Positions 8,159-17,769 of a stretch of 64,000 nucleotides of DNA are shown here, one piece after another. Every line of letters starts with the position of its first letter. The stretch's first letter is position 1. The notes below the pieces were generated by a model. It was not told where the DNA came from, did not search any database, and saw nothing but the letters and a program-made list of their open reading frames with translations. Origin of the DNA: an uncultured Proteiniphilum sp. (GTDB lineage Bacteria; Bacteroidota; Bacteroidia; Bacteroidales; Dysgonomonadaceae); NCBI GenBank assembly GCA_964602395.1, contig CAZRRC010000007.1, forward strand, positions 181 to 64,180, written 5' to 3'. Made by a program: the position numbers and the translations under genes.

Positions 8159-10694
8159 CTACGTTCGTCTCTGTTTCGCAATCTCCCAGCAGGAATTTAT
8201 CGATAAAAGCCTCAACTTCCGGTCGTTGTTGTTCGGGGAGGATGCAATGTCCGTGGTTCCCAACGATGGAGAATCCGAACCTATCGGCAATATCGAATGT
8301 TTCCCAGACCCGTTTGGCGGCTTTGCACGATACATAGCCCGACTCGTCGGCAAGCCATTTATAGTCGGGGTTTCCCAGGCAGAGCAATGCACGTGGTGCA
8401 ATCATCGACAAGAGTTCGTGGTGATCGAAGGGCAACTTGTTGACATGGTCTGAAAATTGAAACATCTCCTCCATAAACCATACATGGCTGGTTCTGGCCA
8501 GTGTCTCCACTTCACCCAGTGTTTCGGAAACACGCCATGCTGCCGCTCCGCCACCACCCGATTCCTGTGCGATGGTGAGGGCGATGCGTTCGTCGAATGC
8601 TGCCGCATAGATTGCCATTTTACCGGCAAAGGAACAGCCGGTGATGGCCAGGTGTTGCAGATCGATGGGTAGTTTGTCGGCTACGAGTTCCAGCCCGTCG
8701 ATCAGGCGGCTCACCCCCCACGACCAGGCGCTGTAGGCTCCCATATGGATTAATTCGGGATAGAGTCGATTGATTGGTTCTTCACCTCTTTTTTGCTGCC
8801 AGGCCATCACCTGGGGGAAGTTAAAAGCAATTTGTGCGATATTGCGGGAAGAGAAGAGGTCGGGTGGAAGGCTTCCAGCACCAAAACCAATTCCGATTAC
8901 AGCAGGGAAAGGACCCTCGCCCTGTGGCAGAATTACATGGGAGGTGAGGGTCAGCGTCTCCCCATTCACCGTGATCTGCACGCGTAAGGTGTCATTTTGG
9001 TAGTCGGCAGTGATGGTGTCGGGTCGTTCCGGCTTTTTGCCGATTTCGTAATGTTGGATTTCCGCACCGATCTCCATTCTTCTGCGTGCCCAGTCCCCGA
9101 AGTGGGTGGATCGTCCACTGCCGTCGGACCAGGCAAAGGGATCGGGTAGTTTTTCTATTACGGGTAATTCCTCCAGTGAGGGGAGAAAGAACTCAAAAGG
9201 GGATACCGAACTTTCGGTAGAATAGACCAGAGGTATATCCGACGTTTGGTGGTGAGTGGCAGGAGGAACTTCGAGTATGATTCTTTTATAACTTGTCAGA
9301 TTGGGAATTCCGCAATCGGTTATTTCACAAACAATATGGATACTTTTCCCCGCCATGTCTGAGGGGATCTTTATTGTTGCCAGTGGGGTATTGGCATGCT
9401 CTATCTCTATCCCTTCCGAATAGGTGCCTGCCTCGGGCAACAAAAGCCATTGATAAACCAATTGATCACCGTCGGGATCATATGAGGCAGAGGCGTCCAA
9501 AACAATTTCCTCTCCTTGTTGCGGCGTAATGGATAATATTTCCTTGTCGTTCTTTCCATTGACAACCACTACCGGATTTCGGTTACCCTTGCCCTCTTTG
9601 GCCCAGTCCATGCGGGCAGCAAAATTATTGAAGGTGGCAGGATAAAAGTAAGCTTCGTACTTTTCGGATGTTTCTTTTGCCTTTCCTGTATGGTTTGTAA
9701 AGCAAAGGGTTACTTGATCCATTCCCAATCCCCACTCAAAGTATCCTCCCCAGCCAATCTGTCCCGGCTTTCCCGGATCATTCAGACCATTTGGCATGAG
9801 ATGTAGGAAGGACGGTGTATCGCCCTCAACCCCATATTTGTTCTTGGGGTAGATCATCCCGAGGTGACCATGATTTTGAATATGGGTTGCATATTCATCC
9901 CATTTCCCGGCACCAATTCCATTCTGTGAAAGCCATGCACTCTCATCCCAGATAAAGAGGAGTTCTTTTTCGAATTCACGGCGCATCCATTGGTGAGAGC
10001 TGAACGGATAGTTGGTGTGTCGTTCTCCCCAGGGAACATCCTGGTCGGTAATGGTATAGACGCGCAGTTTATTTAAGAAGTCATCTAGTTCCTTTTCCGT
10101 CCGTTCCTGTTTCACACGCCAAAGGGCCTGAGCCAGTGTGTTTCCCCCTCCCCAGACAGCAACCCAAATAGGGCGTTCGTCGGCTTCATCCACCAGCTGA
10201 ATGATAAAATCACTTCCTTGTGAATGGTTGTTTTTTCCAATCTCTCCGTATCCCAAATTCAAACTTCCCGGCATGACCCGCTTCCGTAAATAGCCTGCAC
10301 TGGGCCAGTAGCCTATTTGCTGCTGTCCGTTTTCCACTTCCGGTGCAAGAAAGCTCTTTTGTTCCGATCGTTTCTTCAGGTTGGGCAGGTCTTTTTCATA
10401 TGCATTGATCGTCCGGTGTAGAATCTCCATCCAGGAAAGGGGATAAGTCCGTCCGCTGCTGTTCCAGCCTCCGGAAGCAATCAACGCTTCAATCTCAAAC
10501 AGATCCGCATGCACAAGCAGGCGTATCATGGATTGCATGTCATCAGGCTCCACATCTCCTGGAGCAATATCAGTTAAAATAACGATCCGGGGTTTAAGCG
10601 GTACAGAGGTGGAATCTTTTGGGTTACTTGCTGCATAGGATACCTGTGTCATGGTAACCAGGCACAAAATAGACAAAAAATATTTTGTAATCAT
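8109..10694 (-). CDS. Secreted fusion: DUF1593 (Sde182 nucleoside-hydrolase-like) + Ig-like domain + CE15 glucuronoyl-esterase-family domain
   Basis: N-terminal RIVILTDI..EPDDMQSMIRLL, EGDTPSFL, GWGG (DUF1593); LDASASYDPDGDQL Ig-like module; C-terminal LPDPF, AWSWGVSRLIDGL, TGCSFAGK, QESGGGG, LPFDHHEL, HGHC (CE15). The signal peptide fits ATG 10694; the ORF-track start 10754 is a TTG. Confidence 0.85.
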   Translation of the reverse strand: MITKYFLSILCLVTMTQVSYAASNPKDSTSVPLKPRIVILTDIAPGDVEPDDMQSMIRLLVHADLFEIEALIASGGWNSSGRTYPLSWMEILHRTINAYEKDLPNLKKRSEQKSFLAPEVENGQQQIGYWPSAGYLRKRVMPGSLNLGYGEIGKNNHSQGSDFIIQLVDEADERPIWVAVWGGGNTLAQALWRVKQERTEKELDDFLNKLRVYTITDQDVPWGERHTNYPFSSHQWMRREFEKELLFIWDESAWLSQNGIGAGKWDEYATHIQNHGHLGMIYPKNKYGVEGDTPSFLHLMPNGLNDPGKPGQIGWGGYFEWGLGMDQVTLCFTNHTGKAKETSEKYEAYFYPATFNNFAARMDWAKEGKGNRNPVVVVNGKNDKEILSITPQQGEEIVLDASASYDPDGDQLVYQWLLLPEAGTYSEGIEIEHANTPLATIKIPSDMAGKSIHIVCEITDCGIPNLTSYKRIILEVPPATHHQTSDIPLVYSTESSVSPFEFFLPSLEELPVIEKLPDPFAWSDGSGRSTHFGDWARRRMEIGAEIQHYEIGKKPERPDTITADYQNDTLRVQITVNGETLTLTSHVILPQGEGPFPAVIGIGFGAGSLPPDLFSSRNIAQIAFNFPQVMAWQQKRGEEPINRLYPELIHMGAYSAWSWGVSRLIDGLELVADKLPIDLQHLAITGCSFAGKMAIYAAAFDERIALTIAQESGGGGAAAWRVSETLGEVETLARTSHVWFMEEMFQFSDHVNKLPFDHHELLSMIAPRALLCLGNPDYKWLADESGYVSCKAAKRVWETFDIADRFGFSIVGNHGHCILPEQQRPEVEAFIDKFLLGDCETETNVEIHPFANTDYMQWIDW

Positions 10695-10766
10695 ATCGGC
10701 ATGATGTTTGATATTCATATTGTAAATGTAGTGGCTATTTTTATAAAGCAGCAAACCGTGGCTGTA

Positions 10767-13517
10767 TTATTCAGATACCAGCATCAAGTTGCTCTCTTTC
10801 AGCCCCGGCGAAGTAGCCTTGATTGTGATGCTACCCGGTTTGCCTGCTTCACTTCTGACTATCACCAGGCATTGTCCGCTAAATGTCTCTCTTATGGAGG
10901 AAGGGAAAGGAGTCATGTCGGCCGGATTGCCGTTGTCGGTCGCCACAATCTCACCAGCTCCCTCAATTGTAAAATGAACGGGATAGACAGCATCTGGCAC
11001 AAGGAGTCCATTACGGTCGGTTACTTTTACGGTCACGAAAGCGAGATCATTTCCATCGTCAGCAATTGTTTTCCTGTCGGTTTCCAGTAGTAGTGACTCG
11101 GCTACATCCGTAGTTTGCACCACGTCCTCCGCCCATTTTTCACCATTTTTGTAGGCGATTGCCTTCAGTTCACCCGGTTCGTAACGGATGTCATCCCACC
11201 GGAGCCGGTATTCGAATTCACCCTTTTTCTTTCGTCCGAGCGACCTGCCATTCAGGAACAGTTCAGCCTCATCGCCGGAGGTAAAGAGATGTACCGGTGT
11301 GATCTGACCACTCCGGCAGGGCCAGTTCCAGTGGGGCAGGATATGCACCATGGGCAGCTCGGGCCGCCAGCGCGACTGGTAGAGATAGAAACGGTCTTTT
11401 TTGAATCCTGCCAGGTCGATGATGCCGCAGTAGGAGCTCCGTGCTGAATAGTAGGGGGTGGGCTCTCCCAGATGATCCCATCCCGTCCAGACGAATCCAC
11501 CGGCCACAAAGGGATGTTTGTCCTGCATCATGAATACTTTGTCGGGCGACGAGCCAAAGTCTACCGCATAGAGTTCGTAGGCGCTGACCTGTGCATTTTT
11601 TGCATCTCCTCCCTGGCCCTCCCGCACCGGAGAACTCATTTTCTCCGTAACAGGGAAAAGGTAGATCCCCCTGCTACTGAAGGAGGAAGCCACCTCGCTA
11701 CCAATAATTACCTTTTTGGGGAAGGTAGTGTGAAAATAATCATATTGGGGTGTCGTGCGGATCCGATCAGTTCCCTCAAATTCAGGCTCCTGTCGGATAC
11801 CCTCTCCCTGGTAGTTGAGACCGATCACATCGGGAACACGGGGGAAAGGCATATCCGGCTTGGCGTAGTTCAAGGAGAGGGTCGTGGGGCGTGTGGAGTC
11901 TTCCTCTTTGATAATCTCGTTTAGCCATTCTGCTATTGCTGCACCTTCTTCGTCGGTGTATTGTTCACCCACTTCGTTGCCATAGCTCCACATGATGATC
12001 GAGGGATGGTTTCTGTCGCGGCGTACGAAGGAGCGGGTGTCGGCTTCAGCCCATTCTGTAAAAATCAGGTGAAAGTCGTGCGGTGTCTTTTTCCTTTCCC
12101 AGGAATCGAAGATTTCGTTTACTACCAGGAATCCCATTCGGTCGGTCAGCTCCAGCAACTCCGGTGCAGGTGGGTTGTGGGCCATGCGGATGGCATTGCA
12201 TCCCATCTCCTGCAATAATTCAAGTTGACGTTCAGCGGCACGCCGGTTGAAGGCTGCACCCAGTGCACCCAGATCGTGATGCTGGTTCACCCCTTGGAGC
12301 CTGATGACTTCACCGTTCACCAGCACACCCCGTTGCGGATCTAATTGCAGATCACGGATGCCAAAGTTGGTTTCATAACGGTCGATTGTCCTGCCATTTT
12401 GCTGCAAGGTGGTGATGGCCTGGTAAAGGTGAGGTGTCTGGGAGGGCTTTGGCCCCCACAGTCTTGGGCTTCTTATCACTGTGGTGTGTTTGCTTTTACT
12501 GCTCTCCCCTGCATCAAGTGAAATTGTCGAAGTAGGAAAACGGGCAATGCTTTTTTTCCCTTTTATACCCAGGCTGTCTAGCTCATAGATCTCTGTTTCG
12601 ATCACGACTGTCACATCCGATTCCGATTCGTTGTCTACGTTTACTTCCAGGTCGACCGTTGCTGAGGATGCGGAGATCTCTCTCGCCGTCACAAAAGTTC
12701 CCCACTGACCCATGTGCACCGGGTGGGTTTTGATCAGCCAAACATTGCGGTAGATTCCAGCACCTGGGTACCAGCGGGAGGAGTGGTTGGGGTTGTCGAG
12801 GCGGATAGCCAGCTGGTTCTCTTTCCCATAGAGAATATAGGGTGTCAGATCGAGCCGCCAGGAATTATAACCATAGGGCCAACCGCCCACCAGGGTGCCG
12901 TTGAGCCAAACCATGGCATAGGACATGGCGCCCTCCACGTCAAGAAAAATGGAGCGTCCTTCGTCTGTAGCAGGAATGGAAATTTTCTTTCTGTACCAGG
13001 CCACACCCTGTACAGGGAGACGACCCATTCCACCACCCACTTCCGGATTGTCTCCTTCATAAAATGGACCTTTGATGGCCCAGTCGTGAGGCAAATCGAC
13101 CTTCTCCCAATTAGAGTCATCGAAATCATGTTGTACGAAAGGAAAATCTTTTCCAGGCGCTTCACCTTCGGGGCGGAGATAATGTTTTTCAGAATCTTTG
13201 ATAAAATGATTTGCCGTGGGCAGGATCCATGGCTTTAATACCGCTTCGGAAGAGCCCCTTTCAACCGCTTCTGTAGGTTTAGCATCTGCTATCAGATACT
13301 CCCGGGCCTCTTCAATGGCAGGCCGTACATCATAGTTGAGTGGGTCAATCTTTTCCGTTATATCGTATCTGTAAAAAGACCAACTATCGTTGAGAGAGAT
13401 CTTCTCCCGATCGATGGATCTTTTTTGTGGAATGAGGGAACAGGATCCAGTCAATACAGCAATAACAATTGTGAGCAGCGATCGCATTGTTATTCGGGCG
13501 AAAGAATGGGATGTCAT
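10767..13517 (-). CDS. GH2 glycoside hydrolase (beta-galactosidase-like), lipoprotein
   Basis: LPHDW, WYRK, FEG-like VEGAMSY, GVNQHHDLG, IRMAHNPP, WSYGNE (acid/base), IGSE (nucleophile), VWTGWDHLGEPTP; C-terminal DUF4982/Ig domains; lipobox LTGSC. Confidence 0.9.
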   Translation of the reverse strand: MTSHSFARITMRSLLTIVIAVLTGSCSLIPQKRSIDREKISLNDSWSFYRYDITEKIDPLNYDVRPAIEEAREYLIADAKPTEAVERGSSEAVLKPWILPTANHFIKDSEKHYLRPEGEAPGKDFPFVQHDFDDSNWEKVDLPHDWAIKGPFYEGDNPEVGGGMGRLPVQGVAWYRKKISIPATDEGRSIFLDVEGAMSYAMVWLNGTLVGGWPYGYNSWRLDLTPYILYGKENQLAIRLDNPNHSSRWYPGAGIYRNVWLIKTHPVHMGQWGTFVTAREISASSATVDLEVNVDNESESDVTVVIETEIYELDSLGIKGKKSIARFPTSTISLDAGESSKSKHTTVIRSPRLWGPKPSQTPHLYQAITTLQQNGRTIDRYETNFGIRDLQLDPQRGVLVNGEVIRLQGVNQHHDLGALGAAFNRRAAERQLELLQEMGCNAIRMAHNPPAPELLELTDRMGFLVVNEIFDSWERKKTPHDFHLIFTEWAEADTRSFVRRDRNHPSIIMWSYGNEVGEQYTDEEGAAIAEWLNEIIKEEDSTRPTTLSLNYAKPDMPFPRVPDVIGLNYQGEGIRQEPEFEGTDRIRTTPQYDYFHTTFPKKVIIGSEVASSFSSRGIYLFPVTEKMSSPVREGQGGDAKNAQVSAYELYAVDFGSSPDKVFMMQDKHPFVAGGFVWTGWDHLGEPTPYYSARSSYCGIIDLAGFKKDRFYLYQSRWRPELPMVHILPHWNWPCRSGQITPVHLFTSGDEAELFLNGRSLGRKKKGEFEYRLRWDDIRYEPGELKAIAYKNGEKWAEDVVQTTDVAESLLLETDRKTIADDGNDLAFVTVKVTDRNGLLVPDAVYPVHFTIEGAGEIVATDNGNPADMTPFPSSIRETFSGQCLVIVRSEAGKPGSITIKATSPGLKESNLMLVSE

Positions 13518-15136
13518 GATATTTTCAACAACAGGGAAATTTCATTTGGCATCTCCTCTTCCGGCAGTTCAACCATGAGTCCCTCGCTGTTTCTTTTAAA
13601 TTGAAGCACTTTATCACTTCCAACCAGCGACACTGAGTTGATCGCTCTTTCCATCAATGGATTTCCTTCCGACAGGGATCGAATAACCACCTTATTGTCT
13701 TCGGGGTGCGCCAGTATATGGGCATAGAGGTTGTCACCCTTGACCACAAAACGAATATCCGCCGAGGTGTAGGGAGCGTGTTTTCCTTCGTTAAAGCCCT
13801 GAGCTTGCAGAGGGTTGCTTGCTTCCGCCACGGGCCCTTCGCCAAAAATCTTCCAAGGACGTGTGCCGTAAACCCCTTCGCTGTTTACCGCCATCCAGGT
13901 TGCAATGTCTTCCAGTATCTTCCGTTCCTTGTCGTCTATCGTCCCGTCTCCTCTCTGCGGCACACTCAACAACAGATTGCCGTTTTTACTGATGATGTCA
14001 ATCAACATATGGACGACTGTTTTAGCCGATTTGTAACGGTCGTTGTCGTAATATGACTGGTTGTAATGCCACGATCCCAGGCAAGTGCATGTCTGCCATG
14101 GCTTCTCCTGTATCTGGTCGGGAACCCCTTTCTCCACATCCCAGACCAATGCATTCTTTTGTTCGTCGGACAAGATTTTAGCAAATACAACGGCTTTATT
14201 TTTACCTTTGTTCTCGCTCAAGCTTTTATTGTAAAAGTGAGCTACGGTACGCAAACCGGCATCACTCACAGGCCACAAAGGCATCGCTGTATCGTCGTAA
14301 TAAACCAGGTCGGGATTATACTGGTTGATCATATCCACCGTACGGTCAAAAAAATTCTGACTATATTCTTCCGAAGGAGGAAAAGCTCCATTTCCCCAGG
14401 CCCACTGGCCATGGATCGCGCTGTTGTCATGGCTCTCTTCACTCAACGGGTGGTCTTGTGCGTATAATTCCTGTGGATCATATCCGTTCCACCATTTCCC
14501 CCGGCCATCTTCTTTCGTCATTTTTCCGTCGTAGGGCACACCAGATAAGGGCCCTTCCTTGTCGGTGCGTTGTGCGGGTTCATACCAGCTCCAAGCATGT
14601 GCTGAATGAATGCTCACGCCAAAATACATCCCATATTTTCGTGCTACTTTTTCCCAGCCACCGACAATATCTTTTTCAGGTCCCATGTTTACTGCGTTCC
14701 ACTTGTGATGCCTGCTGTTCCAGTTATCAAAGTTGTCGTGATGATTGCCCAGGGAGAAAAAGTAGCGTGCTCCCGCGCGGTGGTACAGTTCCATTAATTC
14801 TTCGGGATTCCATTTGTCGGCCTTCCAGAGGTTGATTACATCCTTGAATCCAAATTCCGACGGATGCCCATAGTTTTCTACATGCCAGCGATAGATACGA
14901 CTCCCCTCCATATACATTTCCCGGGCGTACCAATCTCCTTGTCCGGGTTGACACTGTGGCCCCCAATGGGACCAGATTCCAAATTTGACATCCCGGAACC
15001 ATTCAGGTGCTTCTCCATACTGGGCAAGTGATTCCCATGTAGGTTCATAGATCCCTTCCATCATTTGCTCATGCTTTGGAGCACATGAAGTCAGGATTAA
15101 CCCTGATAATAAAATTGTAAAAAAACTGTTTTTCAT
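13514..15136 (-). CDS. GH29 alpha-L-fucosidase-family enzyme (possibly alpha-L-galactosidase), lipoprotein
   Basis: PEWFRDVKFGIWSHWG, HHDNFDNW, LVYYDD (nucleophile), WQTCT, DIISKNGNLLLSV; lipobox ILTSC. Confidence 0.9.
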   Translation of the reverse strand: MKNSFFTILLSGLILTSCAPKHEQMMEGIYEPTWESLAQYGEAPEWFRDVKFGIWSHWGPQCQPGQGDWYAREMYMEGSRIYRWHVENYGHPSEFGFKDVINLWKADKWNPEELMELYHRAGARYFFSLGNHHDNFDNWNSRHHKWNAVNMGPEKDIVGGWEKVARKYGMYFGVSIHSAHAWSWYEPAQRTDKEGPLSGVPYDGKMTKEDGRGKWWNGYDPQELYAQDHPLSEESHDNSAIHGQWAWGNGAFPPSEEYSQNFFDRTVDMINQYNPDLVYYDDTAMPLWPVSDAGLRTVAHFYNKSLSENKGKNKAVVFAKILSDEQKNALVWDVEKGVPDQIQEKPWQTCTCLGSWHYNQSYYDNDRYKSAKTVVHMLIDIISKNGNLLLSVPQRGDGTIDDKERKILEDIATWMAVNSEGVYGTRPWKIFGEGPVAEASNPLQAQGFNEGKHAPYTSADIRFVVKGDNLYAHILAHPEDNKVVIRSLSEGNPLMERAINSVSLVGSDKVLQFKRNSEGLMVELPEEEMPNEISLLLKIS

Positions 15137-15226
15137 TTTTTTATCCTTTTAATTGTTTTTCATTTCCGTAACGCTTTCCGTGCAACCTTACTGTGAGAGA
15201 AATACAAGCTATTGGTGGGGTGAGGG

Positions 15227-17707
15227 CTAAAACTTAATCACGATTTTCTGTCCTGTATAATCGACTACCCTGTCATACTTCTCAACTTTTTCCATTCCGT
15301 TCGCTCTGTTTTTTTCGACACGAAGAAGATGAAACTTTCTTTGTGTCAGCATACCTGGAAACGAACCATTGCGGCCACCGATCGTCAGCACTTTTTTTGC
15401 ATCATTCCAGGTAAACGTAATGGTTGAATAGATTCCTTTCTCGTAGTTGTAGTTGTCGTTTTCATCTTCATACAGGGTGAACTCCCCATCCGCACCTTCG
15501 TAAATCCTTATTTCCAGGTTGTCCCAGCTCTTCTCGGTGGCATATTGTACCTCAGGACCTATGGGAAGGATGGTTCCGGCTTTTATGTATAAGGGAATGA
15601 CATCAATGCTTGTTTCTTTTGAAATTTCCTTTCCACCTTCAAATCTTTCGTTCGTCCAGAAATCATACCATTCTGAACCTGTTGGAAGATAGAGGTCCGA
15701 GCTCTTTTTTGCAGTAAAGTCTACTTGCGCATCTTTTTTTATCCCTTCTCCATTTGTTCGTGTCCACCCTTCTTCTATGCTGGCATCTACAATTTTCTCG
15801 GGAGTATACTGTGCTTCTACTACTGGAGCAACCAGTATGGAATTGCCAAACATGAACTGGTGTTTAATGTCCCAGACATGCTTATCCTCTGCAAAATCCA
15901 TCGCCAGTGCGCGCATAAAACTTGATTGCTTATTGGTTACTTCCCATGCGGTAGAATAAATATAAGGCAACAGTGCATAACGTAAACGGATTGTACGTTC
16001 GATGGCATCATATATGGGCTCTCCTTTTTCCCCAAAATGATAAATCTCCCGTGAGAGATCAGTACCGTGAGAACGCATCATGGGGTTAAAAGCACCGAAT
16101 TGCATCCAGCGAACATACAATTCCTGAAACATTGGATTTCTGGATGCCGATCCGTCGTTCCATGACTTGTTGTAAGCACCTGCAAAAAAACCGCCAATAT
16201 CGCTGTTCCAGTGCGGGATGCCACACATGGAGAAATTAAGCCCTGCAGGAATTTGATTTCGAAAATTCTCCCACGACGTAAAGACGTCGCCCGACCATAC
16301 ATTGGCACCATAGCGTTGCTGACCGGCAAATCCCGATCGTGTGAGGATAAACACTCTCTTGTCGGAGGTAAGTGCCCGCTGATTATCGTAGACACCTCCT
16401 ACTGTTACCAGGGGATAGGCATTTCTCACCTTTCTGAAAGAGCCCATGGCAGTAGGTGTATCCATATCTGCCGGCTTGAAGCTTAAATGGTCCGGCTCTG
16501 TGGAGTCCATCCACCATCCGTCGATACCCAGTTTAAATAAGCCACTGTTGAGGTGATTCCAGTATATATCCCTTGCTTTAGGGTTGAAGGCATCATACAC
16601 GCGAACCCCCGAAGGATAATCCATGTTGGGTGGCCAGCTGGTGAGACCCGATTCGGGCCATGTGCTGAAATTGTATAACGCTCCAATTTCATCCAGTTTT
16701 CGGTACTGCTTTGTGGCAGGACCAAATGAAGACCAGATAGAAATGATCATGTGCGCATGCATATCATGGATCTCGTTTACCATCGCCTGCGGGTTGGGAA
16801 ACTCTTCGTTCAGAAATTCCATCGCATTCCACAAGTAGTTGCTGCCCCAGTATTGCCAGTCCTGAATGATCCCATCAAGCGGCACACCTAGCTCGCGGTA
16901 TTTTTTGACCACACCCACAGTTTCATTCTGACTTTTATAACGCTCTTTACTTTGCCAAAACCCATAGGTCCACAAAGGAAACATAGGAACCTGCCCGGTG
17001 AGGTCACGCATCTCCGCAATCACGCCATCGGCATCGCCTCCATACATAAAATAATAGTCGATGCATTCACCCACTTCAGAAAGAAAAGATGTTTCACCTG
17101 GATTGTCTGTAAAGGTGGTGGGCGAATAGTTGTCCCAGAAAAGGCCGTAACCTTTCACTGACTGGAAAAAAGTCACAAAATCCCAAGTGTTGTTTTGGAC
17201 CATCTGTACTTCCTGGTTGCGCTGAGACATCTTACCATTTTGAAGAATACCGAGACCGTAGATGGTTTCGTCCGGATCCAGCAGATAGGACTGCTTCACG
17301 CTATGGGTTTTTACTCCGGCATCGTCAAAGTCAGTGAAATTAGCACTGGCCTCTTTTTCAGTCAGGAGTAACTGCCCCTTTGTGTTTTTGAAAGTCACTT
17401 TTCCGCTTTGCAGATTCAAAGCTACTTCTACGCGTTTATTCTTTAACAGGAGTTCATCGCCTCTCTGTCTCGTTTTAAAAGTTACTTTTTCAGGTGTTTT
17501 GACAACGGACAAACTCTCTTTTTTTATATTTTTCCCTTCGGGTGATTTCACCACCCGCACAATGGATGGCCCGTAGAACTGGATCTCAATATCCATCGAT
17601 TTAACCTGAGCGCTCACTCCCTTTTCGGTATTTTTATACGATTGAGCAGAGCCTGGAGTTGAAAATAACATCAAAGCGCAAAGCGCGACAGCAATTTTTT
17701 TCATCAT
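15227..17707 (-). CDS. GH31 alpha-xylosidase-like glycoside hydrolase
   Basis: PMFPLWTYGFWQSKERY, DGIIQDWQYW, WWMDSTEP (nucleophile), WSGDV, WNSDIGGF (acid/base), C-terminal DUF5110. The signal peptide fits ATG 17707; the ORF-track start 17791 overlaps the neighbouring gene. Confidence 0.92.
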   Translation of the reverse strand: MMKKIAVALCALMLFSTPGSAQSYKNTEKGVSAQVKSMDIEIQFYGPSIVRVVKSPEGKNIKKESLSVVKTPEKVTFKTRQRGDELLLKNKRVEVALNLQSGKVTFKNTKGQLLLTEKEASANFTDFDDAGVKTHSVKQSYLLDPDETIYGLGILQNGKMSQRNQEVQMVQNNTWDFVTFFQSVKGYGLFWDNYSPTTFTDNPGETSFLSEVGECIDYYFMYGGDADGVIAEMRDLTGQVPMFPLWTYGFWQSKERYKSQNETVGVVKKYRELGVPLDGIIQDWQYWGSNYLWNAMEFLNEEFPNPQAMVNEIHDMHAHMIISIWSSFGPATKQYRKLDEIGALYNFSTWPESGLTSWPPNMDYPSGVRVYDAFNPKARDIYWNHLNSGLFKLGIDGWWMDSTEPDHLSFKPADMDTPTAMGSFRKVRNAYPLVTVGGVYDNQRALTSDKRVFILTRSGFAGQQRYGANVWSGDVFTSWENFRNQIPAGLNFSMCGIPHWNSDIGGFFAGAYNKSWNDGSASRNPMFQELYVRWMQFGAFNPMMRSHGTDLSREIYHFGEKGEPIYDAIERTIRLRYALLPYIYSTAWEVTNKQSSFMRALAMDFAEDKHVWDIKHQFMFGNSILVAPVVEAQYTPEKIVDASIEEGWTRTNGEGIKKDAQVDFTAKKSSDLYLPTGSEWYDFWTNERFEGGKEISKETSIDVIPLYIKAGTILPIGPEVQYATEKSWDNLEIRIYEGADGEFTLYEDENDNYNYEKGIYSTITFTWNDAKKVLTIGGRNGSFPGMLTQRKFHLLRVEKNRANGMEKVEKYDRVVDYTGQKIVIKF

Positions 17708-17769
17708 TTTATGGTATCTGTTTTTCAATGTTTGGTCTTTTATCAGTTCATTGCATCCAAGTAAAGGGT

